Positions 26,520 to 35,753 of a DNA stretch of 64,000 bases are shown piece by piece. The notes beneath the pieces were generated by a model, which made no database searches, was not told the DNA's origin, and was given only the letters and a program-made list of their open reading frames with translations. This DNA is from an uncultured bacterium (GTDB lineage: Bacteria; Patescibacteriota; Patescibacteriia; Patescibacteriales; UBA12465): NCBI GenBank assembly GCA_903945435.1, contig CAJAVM010000001.1, positions 9,071-73,070 on the forward strand, given 5' to 3'. Both the position numbers and the translations under genes were made by a program. Each line of letters opens with the position of its first letter. Position 1 is the first letter of the stretch.

Positions 26520-27116
26520 ATGAAAAATCTTATCTATCTTAGACACGGGAAAAAAGACGGGGAAAACATTGCCAAAGATGCCCTTGATTCAATTGTGAAA
26601 AATGGTATTCCGGTTATTAATAACCTCTGCGTACGCCAAACAATCCGCACCCATTTGGGAACGGAATATGACCGGACAAGGCAAACAATCATGGCCTACG
26701 TTTGTTTCTTGGCCGGAGACGCTCAGGATAAAACCATTAATTGTGCCATTCATGGTGACATCCCTGCTGACCCGCGCCTGGGAAATAAAGCATTGTTTGA
26801 CGAATGGACTTCTAATCCTGAAGTCACTGCTGACGCTAACGCCCGCAACTGGTACAGAGCGTACGAAGATTACAACCCGATGTTCATTACCAGGGTTCAG
26901 CTTGACGCTCTCGCCGCATTACGCGACATCTTCGCTCAAGCGAATGATGGCGAACTCATCATTTCTATCGGCCATACGCCGATGATAGAATGGCTGGCCT
27001 TTGCACTTGATGCATCGGAAACAATTTCTCGCGACATCAAGTTGCAAGAATTGACCGGTTTCCTGATTACCGAAGACAACGGTCACATATATGTAACCGC
27101 CCAAATCGGATTCTAA
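26520..27116 (+). CDS. histidine phosphatase superfamily (PGAM/SixA-like) protein H1
   Basis: 198 aa. N-terminal LRHGKK (RHG catalytic motif), R..QT, and a late SIGHTPMIEW (second catalytic His). The gene is markedly GC-richer than its flanks. Confidence 0.7.
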   Translation: MKNLIYLRHGKKDGENIAKDALDSIVKNGIPVINNLCVRQTIRTHLGTEYDRTRQTIMAYVCFLAGDAQDKTINCAIHGDIPADPRLGNKALFDEWTSNPEVTADANARNWYRAYEDYNPMFITRVQLDALAALRDIFAQANDGELIISIGHTPMIEWLAFALDASETISRDIKLQELTGFLITEDNGHIYVTAQIGF

Positions 27117-27149
27117 ACACAAAACAAAAAAACAACAAAAACCCTACCG

Positions 27150-27689
27150 ATGAAAGTAACCGCTGTACTACACTTTGACAAAGCCGCAGGCTTTATTGAT
27201 TCTTCTTCAGCTGAATTAGCAGCTAACCCCGGATTATCCTACAAAGGATTCAAAGACGCTTTAAGTATTTGCCAGAGGCTTGAACTTTTAGGTCCGTTCG
27301 ATGGAATGTTCGTCTCTCGCTTAGCCCGTGCACTCGATACCGCTTCGGTATTAGCAATGTATTTAAACATGGATTTTCAAACCATGTTTGGACTCGGACA
27401 AGCCGGAAATAAAGAAGGCGACAAAATTGTTATGTACCCAGGATTCGAAAACTCATGCTTCACTGGTTGGCAAAACAATGCGTTATCTTCTTTAGAAGAA
27501 CTTGCACTGCACGGTTACGGACACGTACTTATTGTAAGTCACAGACCAATTATTTGGTCATTGTGCGCTTATGCTCAAGGAATAACGACAGAAGAAGAAA
27601 TCTCTGCCTTAGTTATGAAGGGATTCAGCGATGAATCCATCTATCAGTTCGAATATAATTTCGGACTTCTACAATTGAATACGCTGTAA
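27150..27689 (+). CDS. histidine phosphatase superfamily-like protein H2 with degenerate RHG motif
   Basis: 179 aa. VSRLARALDTASVLA and VLIVSHRPIIWSL fit His_Phos_1, but the N-terminal motif reads VLHFDK (Arg replaced). Confidence 0.55.
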   Translation: MKVTAVLHFDKAAGFIDSSSAELAANPGLSYKGFKDALSICQRLELLGPFDGMFVSRLARALDTASVLAMYLNMDFQTMFGLGQAGNKEGDKIVMYPGFENSCFTGWQNNALSSLEELALHGYGHVLIVSHRPIIWSLCAYAQGITTEEEISALVMKGFSDESIYQFEYNFGLLQLNTL

Positions 27690-27710
27690 AAGCAAATTCT
27701 CTATACAACA

Positions 27711-27746
27711 ATCCCGACAAGCTCAACACTTGCCGGGATTTTTTTA
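27711..27746. terminator. bidirectional Rho-independent terminator
   Basis: TCCCGaCAAG-ctcaaca-CTTGcCGGGA hairpin followed by T7, between convergent H2 (+) and paralog P3 (-). Confidence 0.7.
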
Positions 27747-27755
27747 TTCAAAATA

Positions 27756-29267
27756 TTATTTTGTAATTATTTTAATAATTCCTTTATTTGCATCTACTTC
27801 GATTAAATCGCCGTCTTTAATAATTTTAGTTATATTCTTAACGCTAATCAGACAGGGCTTTTTCATCTCACGAGCAACAATAGAAGCATGACAAAGTAAT
27901 CCTCCTTCTTGAGTAACGAAAGCAGCCGCCTTTTCCATTGCCATAATATAAGAGGGGAATGTCATAACAGCAACAAAAATATCACCGCGCTTAACCTTGT
28001 TTATCATATTTGGATTAATTACCACCTTAGCAATCCCTCGTGCTTTACCTCCAAAAGCAATTACACCTTTCATCCCTTGATGATCATTCTTAAATATTTC
28101 TAAATTCTGATTTTTAACAAACGCCTTAGCCTCTTGCCCATCAAACATTTGAATTTTTTTATCTCTGATAACTGCCCACCGTTTCTTTCGTTTTTTTATT
28201 AGTTTAATATATTTAATATTCCCGGAAATAAAATAGTCACTTACCTCTTCCAAGGTTAAAAATAAAATATCTGAAAAAGATAGTGCTAATCGCCTCGCCA
28301 TTTCTTGTACAATAGGCGTCATTTTAGAAAAACCACGATTCAACTCATCAGTCCTATACGTTCTAATATATACATATTCACCGATAAGTTTAAGTGTATC
28401 TCTATCAGTTGAGCTCAGATGATATTTTTTCGAAAAATTTAATAAAGCTTTACTCCTCTTAGAAATAGTCTCCTGTATTAATTTCAATTCTTTGTGCCAA
28501 TCAGTTTTAACAATCTCTCGAATTCTATTTATAACATCATCGGGCGTAAATGGTGAACCCATCATCCAGCGCACACTCAGCCAAGAATAATCTTTTAAAA
28601 ATTTAGATATCAACCGTTTGGTGGCGGGCATTTTTTTTAAATCTACAGAATTAAAACCGGGACGCAGCAAAGTCTGCTTCTCTTTTTGACTCTTGAAAAT
28701 AATGTCTATAATTTTTAGAAGTGCCAGTTTTTCTTTCTGAGCATAATTGTACTTTATAGGTAAAGATAGCTCTTGTTTAAAATACTGTGCGTCTTTTTCG
28801 TTCTTTATTCGAGAAGATATAATATTATCCAATAATTCATCAAGATATTTTTCCATCACCCAGGGGACAACTAGAAAAGCAGTAAACTGTCGTAACTTTT
28901 TTCCAGACAGCATAAATAATCTATTAAGGCTTTTATCTGATATTATAGATAAGTCATTAGCAGAAATTAAGTTATCAATATACTTGATAGTCGACGTACC
29001 CTCAGCTTCGCACTTTTTTGCAATAGACCATAAAAATTTATTACCCTCACGCTTATGTCTGGCTACCTCATAATTAATAATACTCTCGCGGCAACCGACT
29101 TCCCAGTACAAATCATTTGGTTCATAAAAATGAGCATCCGGAAATTTTTTAATCGGAATAACGCGTTTAATATTATTATACTCGTTAGAATATATATTAA
29201 TCGAGTAAGAAAAAGGTACGTACGCCCTATCTACAATGTATTCCCATCGATTAGTTTTTTTGATCAT
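27756..29267 (-). CDS. helical domain + C-terminal PEP-utilizer swivel domain protein (paralog P3)
   Basis: 503 aa. YIRTYRTDELN central motif. C-terminus GDIFVAVMTFPSYIMAMEKAAAFVTQEGGLLCHASIVAREMKKPCLISVKNITKIIKDGD. Confidence 0.85.
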   Translation of the reverse strand: MIKKTNRWEYIVDRAYVPFSYSINIYSNEYNNIKRVIPIKKFPDAHFYEPNDLYWEVGCRESIINYEVARHKREGNKFLWSIAKKCEAEGTSTIKYIDNLISANDLSIISDKSLNRLFMLSGKKLRQFTAFLVVPWVMEKYLDELLDNIISSRIKNEKDAQYFKQELSLPIKYNYAQKEKLALLKIIDIIFKSQKEKQTLLRPGFNSVDLKKMPATKRLISKFLKDYSWLSVRWMMGSPFTPDDVINRIREIVKTDWHKELKLIQETISKRSKALLNFSKKYHLSSTDRDTLKLIGEYVYIRTYRTDELNRGFSKMTPIVQEMARRLALSFSDILFLTLEEVSDYFISGNIKYIKLIKKRKKRWAVIRDKKIQMFDGQEAKAFVKNQNLEIFKNDHQGMKGVIAFGGKARGIAKVVINPNMINKVKRGDIFVAVMTFPSYIMAMEKAAAFVTQEGGLLCHASIVAREMKKPCLISVKNITKIIKDGDLIEVDANKGIIKIITK

Positions 29268-29292
29268 ATAATCTTTTTAGAATAGCGCCCTA

Positions 29293-30222
29293 TTACGCCC
29301 TTATTTTATCAGCAACATTCATTGAACTTTTAATCGCATCTTCAAAAGAGATACGGCGTCTAATTATTTTTTGTATTGTCTCTTTAGCAACTTCGATTTC
29401 TCTTTGTTCACCATTATCCTGATAAGCTAATTTAATAGTTTGTTCTTGGCCTTTATTTAGAATATTAATATGTATACCTTCCGTTTCCGTCCAACCATTT
29501 TTTAAGTCAGCAATAAATTCATCACGCGCTTTTGCCCCAGATTGCTCTTTGATAACCTCGGCCAAAAACGGCTCAGCGACCGATTGATGAGTCGCTAAAT
29601 ATCTTTCCAGATGACTCGGAAATTCCTCGCCCTCTTTTTTCTTATCAATAGCTAAACGATTAAAATTATTTCCAACCTTACTATATTTATCAACAATCTC
29701 AGCAATGTTTCCCGCTTGACGTAAATAGGTTGTAGAAATATTATCACCTTTTGTAATCGCCAACATATCACTTTCATTAGCGAGCCAATCCATGTACCTG
29801 CCAGCCTTAAAGGCGGCCATTCCTTCCGCTTCAATTGGTCCATCAAGATTAAAAGCCAAACGTTCATCACGATATATTTTTTTACCAACTTTAATTTCCT
29901 CAGATATTTTTTTATCCATTTCTTCCAAACTATCATTAACCCCAATATTTTCCTCATTAGCTCCCATAATTAACATCGCTGTTTCTGCAGTTCTATCCAT
30001 CGGACTAGCGCCAGCAACTGCAACATTAATATCGGGATTCATTTTTAATCCTTTATCATGTGCCAACTCCCTACCTTCAGGTGTTAATAGTAATTCTGAG
30101 TTTAGTCTATTAGGATCATTCTCTTTTTTACTATGACGGAAGATTTCTAACTTAATCTCCGTTGTTAGCGGTTTTTCGGCTTCCGCTTGTTTTTCCGGAG
30201 TAAATTTAAATGAGTTAAACAT
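29293..30222 (-). CDS. histidine phosphatase superfamily (PGAM-like) protein H3
   Basis: 309 aa. IFRHSKKE (RH motif), LLLTPEGRELA, GASPMDRTAETA and a late ATHQS. It is embedded between paralogs P4 and P3. Confidence 0.65.
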   Translation of the reverse strand: MFNSFKFTPEKQAEAEKPLTTEIKLEIFRHSKKENDPNRLNSELLLTPEGRELAHDKGLKMNPDINVAVAGASPMDRTAETAMLIMGANEENIGVNDSLEEMDKKISEEIKVGKKIYRDERLAFNLDGPIEAEGMAAFKAGRYMDWLANESDMLAITKGDNISTTYLRQAGNIAEIVDKYSKVGNNFNRLAIDKKKEGEEFPSHLERYLATHQSVAEPFLAEVIKEQSGAKARDEFIADLKNGWTETEGIHINILNKGQEQTIKLAYQDNGEQREIEVAKETIQKIIRRRISFEDAIKSSMNVADKIRA

Positions 30223-30227
30223 ACAAT

Positions 30228-31685
30228 TTATTTTTTTAATATTTTAATACTTCCTTTATTTGCATCTACCTCTAGCCAGTCATTATCTTTTATTTCTTTA
30301 CTTACATGAGCTACGCCAACAACACAAGGTATTTTCATTTCCCGACTAATTACAGAAACGTGGGCAGTAATACCGCCTTCTTCCGCTACAATAGCGGCGA
30401 CTCTAGATAAAATCGGTACAAAATCTGGCCCAGTATTCATCACGACTAAAATATCTCCTTTATTTACTTTGTGAAAATCTTTCGGCGAATGAACAACTTT
30501 AGCTCTTCCACTCACCTTACCGACGCAAGCAGTTCGCCCCTTAAATTCGCCAGTAATATTTTTAGAGTAGGTTAAAAACTTCTTTTCATATTTATCAGCT
30601 AATGCGCCAACATATCTTGCTCTAATTTTGCCAGTTAAACTAACAAAAACCGAATGCCTTTGATAAATTAGAGCTTCTTTTTTATTATATTTACCAGTTA
30701 ACGCTAATTTGATAGCGTCTAAATGACTTAAGTCTTTGATAAAACCGGCTTTAAGTCCTGTACGTTTAGATATTTCCTGAAAAATAACTTCTCCAAATAA
30801 CTGCAGTTTATTAGTCGAAAATTTAAAATAATCTTTTAAATAACTTACCTCTCCGGCAACTTTGGCTACCTTTTTATCGGCTGAAGATAATCTAGTAATC
30901 ACCAATCGTTTTTCTTTTTGTTCTTTTTTGAAATTATCTTTAAGAGCTTGTAAAAGTTTAACCGGATTACGTTTAATTAACGCTGATAATCTATTTTCAT
31001 AACTCGCTAGAGTTGCAAGCGGCTCATCATAGTAACCGAGCGTTAACCAATAAAATTTATTATAAATTTTATTGAGTTCTTTTTTGTAGATATCTGATTT
31101 TATATTAATGGTTTTGTTTTTTACCTTACTAGCTAAAGTTAATAAAGCAATATTTTCTTGAGTTGCAAAACTTTGACGAGAAGAAGCTGATAAAAGACTG
31201 CTATAATCTGCTGTTTTTAAATGACCAGATGAATTTTTAAAATATTCCAATACGCCGCGGTCTATCAAACGCAAAGTCATAGCTGCTTTATGAAGCTCCT
31301 GAGTTTGTAAATAATAAAAAGCTAAAAGTTCACTTAATTTTTTATCATCTAAAGCAACGATGTCCAAAGAACTAATATGTTTTATGGCTCGTTCACGAAT
31401 TTCAGTTAAATAATTTTCTAGCCTGATTAGTAGTTCAGGTTTTTTAGAAAATTTATCTAACACCGATAGAAAATGCCCCTCATCTTTCAAGGCGTAGTAA
31501 ATTTGAAACTTACTATCCTTGTATTCAACGATAGTAATCGTATTAATAGGAAATAAATTATGTTTTTGCCAACAATAGTTAGCTACTACCTCGGCAATGT
31601 AAAGATGCGAGGAGCGACTCGCTTCAAGAATTATATCATAGCCAGTTAAATCAAATATTCTATTATCCAGCGCGCCTTTTTTCAT
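30228..31685 (-). CDS. helical domain + C-terminal PEP-utilizer swivel domain protein (paralog P4, most divergent)
   Basis: 485 aa. C-terminus GDILVVMNTGPDFVPILSRVAAIVAEEGGITAHVSVISREMKIPCVVGVAHVSKEIKDND. Confidence 0.8.
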   Translation of the reverse strand: MKKGALDNRIFDLTGYDIILEASRSSHLYIAEVVANYCWQKHNLFPINTITIVEYKDSKFQIYYALKDEGHFLSVLDKFSKKPELLIRLENYLTEIRERAIKHISSLDIVALDDKKLSELLAFYYLQTQELHKAAMTLRLIDRGVLEYFKNSSGHLKTADYSSLLSASSRQSFATQENIALLTLASKVKNKTINIKSDIYKKELNKIYNKFYWLTLGYYDEPLATLASYENRLSALIKRNPVKLLQALKDNFKKEQKEKRLVITRLSSADKKVAKVAGEVSYLKDYFKFSTNKLQLFGEVIFQEISKRTGLKAGFIKDLSHLDAIKLALTGKYNKKEALIYQRHSVFVSLTGKIRARYVGALADKYEKKFLTYSKNITGEFKGRTACVGKVSGRAKVVHSPKDFHKVNKGDILVVMNTGPDFVPILSRVAAIVAEEGGITAHVSVISREMKIPCVVGVAHVSKEIKDNDWLEVDANKGSIKILKK

Positions 31686-31686
31686 A

Positions 31687-32988
31687 TTATCTTTTTAATA
31701 TTTTAACGATTCCGTGATTGGCATCGACTTCTATCAAATCACCGTCTTTAATTACCGTAGTCGCAATTTTAGTCCCAATAACACAGGGCTTTTTAAGCTC
31801 TCGAGCAATAATAGCAGCGTGACAAGTTAGCCCACCCTCGTTAGTAACAAAGGCGGCTGCTTTTTTCATAGCCTGCAAAAAATCAGGCGAGGTCATATAT
31901 GTAACTAGGATATCTCCTTTTTGTACTTTAGACACTTCTTTAATGCTAAGTACTACTTTAGCAATTCCCTTAACGCAACCTAGCTGAGCAGTCATCCCTT
32001 TAATCTCAGAAGTTTCTTCTTTACTAACTTGTTTAGAAAAAATATTACCATCCATCATGCAGACCTTCCCTTGATAATCAACACATGACATATTACTAGA
32101 ATATTTTTGTAGTTTCCCTGATATTAAATCGCTAAACTGATAATATTTTAAATCTTGAAAACTCATCCCGTATTTTTTAGCTGCTTCTTTCAAAATTGGA
32201 CGAGATAAAAAAATCAATTCATAGAAAGCATCGGTTCTTCTCGTTCTTAAATAAACTAATTCCCTCGCCTCCTTATATATGTTTACTAAAGGTTTTGGGA
32301 TTTCTGGATAAATATGATTTTTATGTTTTTTGATATTAGATTTATGCTCTTTTAACTCCTCTAAACTATAGGGACGCGCAAAACCATCGCGAGCTCTCAT
32401 CCAAGAATATTTTTTTCTAATTTCTTTCAAATCAATTCCGGTACGCATTTCCGCCTCCATCAGTTCAAGTGCATTTTTTTTATCAGGATAAGCCGCATCA
32501 CCAATATATTTATCAATATCGGTTGAAATATATTTAGCAGTTTTGGTTTTCATTTCCTTCCATAGAACGTGTTCCAACATATGTGCCGACCAAATATATG
32601 AACCTGTTTTATGAAAAATATCATCTAGTATTAACAGCTTCTTGTTAAGTGGAGTCTTTTTATCGCGACAAAGAGAAACTACTTGGGCATAACTCTTTTG
32701 ATAAAATATTTCTAAGCTATCAGATATTTCAGAAATACGATGGGCTTTAAGCCAATCTTTTAACGTTGGGACTATATCGTCAAATACTTCATCGGACCAA
32801 TACCAATGGCCCTCAGTAAAAACAAAGGATTTTAGCTCCCAGCCCTTAAGCCCAATTTTTGTAAATGCTTCTTTTGAAGCAGAGCCTGCTAAAAGAGACA
32901 TCATAAAAGCATAAAAATTACGCTTTAACCAAAGCTCCCATTTATACTTAAGGACTTGTTTTAAAACTTGTTGGGATTTTTTAGCCAT
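31687..32988 (-). CDS. helical domain + C-terminal PEP-utilizer swivel domain protein (paralog P5)
   Basis: 433 aa. YLRTRRTDAF motif. C-terminus GDILVTYMTSPDFLQAMKKAAAFVTNEGGLTCHAAIIARELKKPCVIGTKIATTVIKDGD. Confidence 0.85.
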   Translation of the reverse strand: MAKKSQQVLKQVLKYKWELWLKRNFYAFMMSLLAGSASKEAFTKIGLKGWELKSFVFTEGHWYWSDEVFDDIVPTLKDWLKAHRISEISDSLEIFYQKSYAQVVSLCRDKKTPLNKKLLILDDIFHKTGSYIWSAHMLEHVLWKEMKTKTAKYISTDIDKYIGDAAYPDKKNALELMEAEMRTGIDLKEIRKKYSWMRARDGFARPYSLEELKEHKSNIKKHKNHIYPEIPKPLVNIYKEARELVYLRTRRTDAFYELIFLSRPILKEAAKKYGMSFQDLKYYQFSDLISGKLQKYSSNMSCVDYQGKVCMMDGNIFSKQVSKEETSEIKGMTAQLGCVKGIAKVVLSIKEVSKVQKGDILVTYMTSPDFLQAMKKAAAFVTNEGGLTCHAAIIARELKKPCVIGTKIATTVIKDGDLIEVDANHGIVKILKR

Positions 32989-32989
32989 A

Positions 32990-34405
32990 TTATTTTAATA
33001 TTTTAATAATTCCCTTATTTGCATCAACTTCAACCATATCGCCATCTTGCAGTACCTTGGTCGCTATCTTAGTTCCAACGATGCAAGGCTTATTTAACTC
33101 TCGAGAAACAATCGCCGCATGAGATGTTATTCCTCCTTCATTCGTAATAATCGCGACCGCTTTTTTCATAACCATCATAAAAGATGGCGAAGTATAGTGA
33201 GCGACCAATATTTCTCCAACTTTAAATTTTTTAAAATCTTGAGGGCCCATCACGAATCTCACCTTACCCTTAGCGATTCCAGAAGAAACTGGGACACCTT
33301 TAATTTCTGTAACGGCAGATTCTTGTGCTAAATATTTATCAACTACCTTTTTTACTAAATCTGTTTGATAAATAAATAATTCGTGAGTACTTTTTTGATT
33401 GGCTGACGTAAAAATAATCATTTCACGCTTAATTCTTTTTTCAAGAATATCTCTGCTAGGTAAAATCCTCTTTTCTAAATATAAAATTATTTCTTGATTG
33501 GTAAGATTCACGGCATGATAATAAGAAAACCAGGATAACTCGTATTTAACTAAATCGGATAATTTATCAAAAAATACGCGCATTCCGGTTAAGGCCTGGT
33601 TATAAACTTCTATTCTATCCGTTCTAATATTTACATATTCATGAATAATATTAGCCATTAATTTATCCTTGCCCTTTAAAAGTCTAATTGCTTTCTGATA
33701 AGCTCTTTTATTATTAGATATGGTTGAGCGATAGCTCTTGATTGCCTTAATAACATCAGGTTTAGATATCTCTTTTATTTTTTTATCAATATCTTTTTTA
33801 TCCATTAGCTTTTCCTTCAAAGAATACTCATTAAGCCAGGCATACTTTTTTATTAATTTATCATAATTGATATTTTTTCCCATCTTTACAAGTTCAAGCT
33901 GAAATTCCTGATATTTAAACAGCTGAGTTGGGCCAGAAATATCGGTAATAAGTTCAGTATTTTTCGACTTAGCAGCAAAACGATGATATAAATCATCTTC
34001 AATAATATATGGAGAAATAAAATAGACGCTAAAAGAATTTAAGGTTTTATCCCACATTTTATAAAAATTCAACAAACTTGTACGGTCTGTTTTTATTCGT
34101 TTTGCTTTTTGTCCACACTGAATTAAATTTTTACCTAAAATTTTATAAGCACTTAAATGTTTAGAAAAGTTTTTTTCCTGCAATATATTATCAACAAAGC
34201 TTTTATATTTCTGATGAGCATTTTTCTCTATCCAAATAGAATCTTTCCCATCTGGTAGCGGAGTATACAAGGAAGAAATCCCTAAAATATTACGACAAAA
34301 AATACCGACGATACAAGCTCTCTGTACAGTAAAAGGACGAGAAGCCATTACTTCGTATTTGTCCTTATTTTTAATTATTTGGTTGGCCAGCTGACTTTCG
34401 GTCAT
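32990..34405 (-). CDS. helical domain + C-terminal PEP-utilizer swivel domain protein (paralog P6)
   Basis: 471 aa. NIRTDRIEVY motif. C-terminus [60 protein letters not shown]. Confidence 0.85.
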   Translation of the reverse strand: MTESQLANQIIKNKDKYEVMASRPFTVQRACIVGIFCRNILGISSLYTPLPDGKDSIWIEKNAHQKYKSFVDNILQEKNFSKHLSAYKILGKNLIQCGQKAKRIKTDRTSLLNFYKMWDKTLNSFSVYFISPYIIEDDLYHRFAAKSKNTELITDISGPTQLFKYQEFQLELVKMGKNINYDKLIKKYAWLNEYSLKEKLMDKKDIDKKIKEISKPDVIKAIKSYRSTISNNKRAYQKAIRLLKGKDKLMANIIHEYVNIRTDRIEVYNQALTGMRVFFDKLSDLVKYELSWFSYYHAVNLTNQEIILYLEKRILPSRDILEKRIKREMIIFTSANQKSTHELFIYQTDLVKKVVDKYLAQESAVTEIKGVPVSSGIAKGKVRFVMGPQDFKKFKVGEILVAHYTSPSFMMVMKKAVAIITNEGGITSHAAIVSRELNKPCIVGTKIATKVLQDGDMVEVDANKGIIKILK

Positions 34406-34406
34406 T

Positions 34407-35747
34407 TTATTTTTTTAATATCTTAACCGCCCCCTTATTGGCGTCTACTTCAACCATGTCTCCGTCTTTCAATATTTTAGTCGCATTTTTAGTACCAATA
34501 ACACAGGGTTTTTTCATTTCTCTAGCTAAAATTGCCGCATGACAAGTAATGCCCCCTTCATCGGTTATAAAAGCAGATGCTTTTTTCATCGCCATCACCA
34601 TACTCGGCGTTGTCATAGATGCAACTAATACGTTCCCCTTCTTGAAATCATCCATATCCTTAGGACTATGAATTATTTTAACCAAGCCAGTCGCAACCCC
34701 CGGAAAAGCAGTGCGGCCTGTAATAATATCACTAATCTCTTTTTCTGAACCTAGCTTCTTAAAATAAGCTATTTCTTTTCCAGAAAATATTCTTGTTTTA
34801 CCATGACTGAAACAAGAAACAAATTCTTGTTTTCTAGCTTCTAATATTTTCCGAGTCGGTATATTATTTTTGACTAATTCATCATATGAACAGTGGATTA
34901 CATCTTCATAACCCATTTCTAAACTAGCTGCTAAATTTGATAATCGCTCGTGATAGGCAAAAAATATTTTATTTAAAATATCTGTTCTATGTGTACGATA
35001 ATATATAAAAAATTGCATTACATCAACATAATAAGATTTTTCACCTAATATTTTTTTAGCTTGTATGATAGCCTTTTTAGTTTCTTTTCTATTTTTATCA
35101 TCACTAAAATTTTTATCCTTTTTTAAATCTTTTAAAATATCAAAAGCTTCTTTATTGCTCAAAAAATGATGTTTACCGTAGCGAGAAAAATTCCAAGAAT
35201 GTTTTTTTATAAAACCATTAATATTTTCAGTTTTTAAAAACCAACGTTTTATTTTTTGATCCAAATTCAATTCTAAGGGAAGATTCAGATGAGACATTAA
35301 AATATCTACTTCTTTAATCGGAACTTTTTTGTTTAATTCTTTTCTTAAATAATCATCTATTGCGTCATCACAAATATGATATAAAGCTAGAGCCGGTTGA
35401 TAAGCGAGGTACTGCGTAAATAAAGAGGTAAAATCTTTTGGTGTACCCGCTTTCATTGTCTGTAAGATTTCTTTTTCTCGTTGTAAAGTTATTTTCTTTA
35501 AATGTAAAAAATTATCTTCGCTTTTTAAAACGTGTCTAGTTGCTTTTTGAGCAAAATCAACTAAATGGTACTCGGGATAGTAAAAAATACCCTCAATTTC
35601 AATAACGTCTTGTAATTTATAACTTAAACCTAAAAATTCTTTCCATTTTTTTTGATTACTAAAACCGATAAAAAACAAAGAGGCCATTAATGGACAGTAA
35701 GGTCGATTAACAGTTTTGATAAACTTTACTCCTCGATATTTAAACAT
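34407..35747 (-). CDS. helical domain + C-terminal PEP-utilizer swivel domain protein (paralog P7)
   Basis: 446 aa. YYRTHRTDIL motif. C-terminus [60 protein letters not shown]. Confidence 0.85.
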   Translation of the reverse strand: MFKYRGVKFIKTVNRPYCPLMASLFFIGFSNQKKWKEFLGLSYKLQDVIEIEGIFYYPEYHLVDFAQKATRHVLKSEDNFLHLKKITLQREKEILQTMKAGTPKDFTSLFTQYLAYQPALALYHICDDAIDDYLRKELNKKVPIKEVDILMSHLNLPLELNLDQKIKRWFLKTENINGFIKKHSWNFSRYGKHHFLSNKEAFDILKDLKKDKNFSDDKNRKETKKAIIQAKKILGEKSYYVDVMQFFIYYRTHRTDILNKIFFAYHERLSNLAASLEMGYEDVIHCSYDELVKNNIPTRKILEARKQEFVSCFSHGKTRIFSGKEIAYFKKLGSEKEISDIITGRTAFPGVATGLVKIIHSPKDMDDFKKGNVLVASMTTPSMVMAMKKASAFITDEGGITCHAAILAREMKKPCVIGTKNATKILKDGDMVEVDANKGAVKILKK

Positions 35748-35753
35748 AAACCT

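Noticed and set aside
26602-27122. ORFs 26602-26985 (+) and 26919-27122 (-) overlapping H1.
   Set aside because: These are alternative-frame or antisense ORFs kept open by the locally high GC. The H1 frame carries the RHG and GH histidine-phosphatase motifs.
29652-30136. ORFs 29652-29957 (-) and 29792-30136 (+) inside H3.
   Set aside because: They are nested within or antisense to a gene with recognisable His_Phos_1 motifs. Their own sequences are low-complexity.
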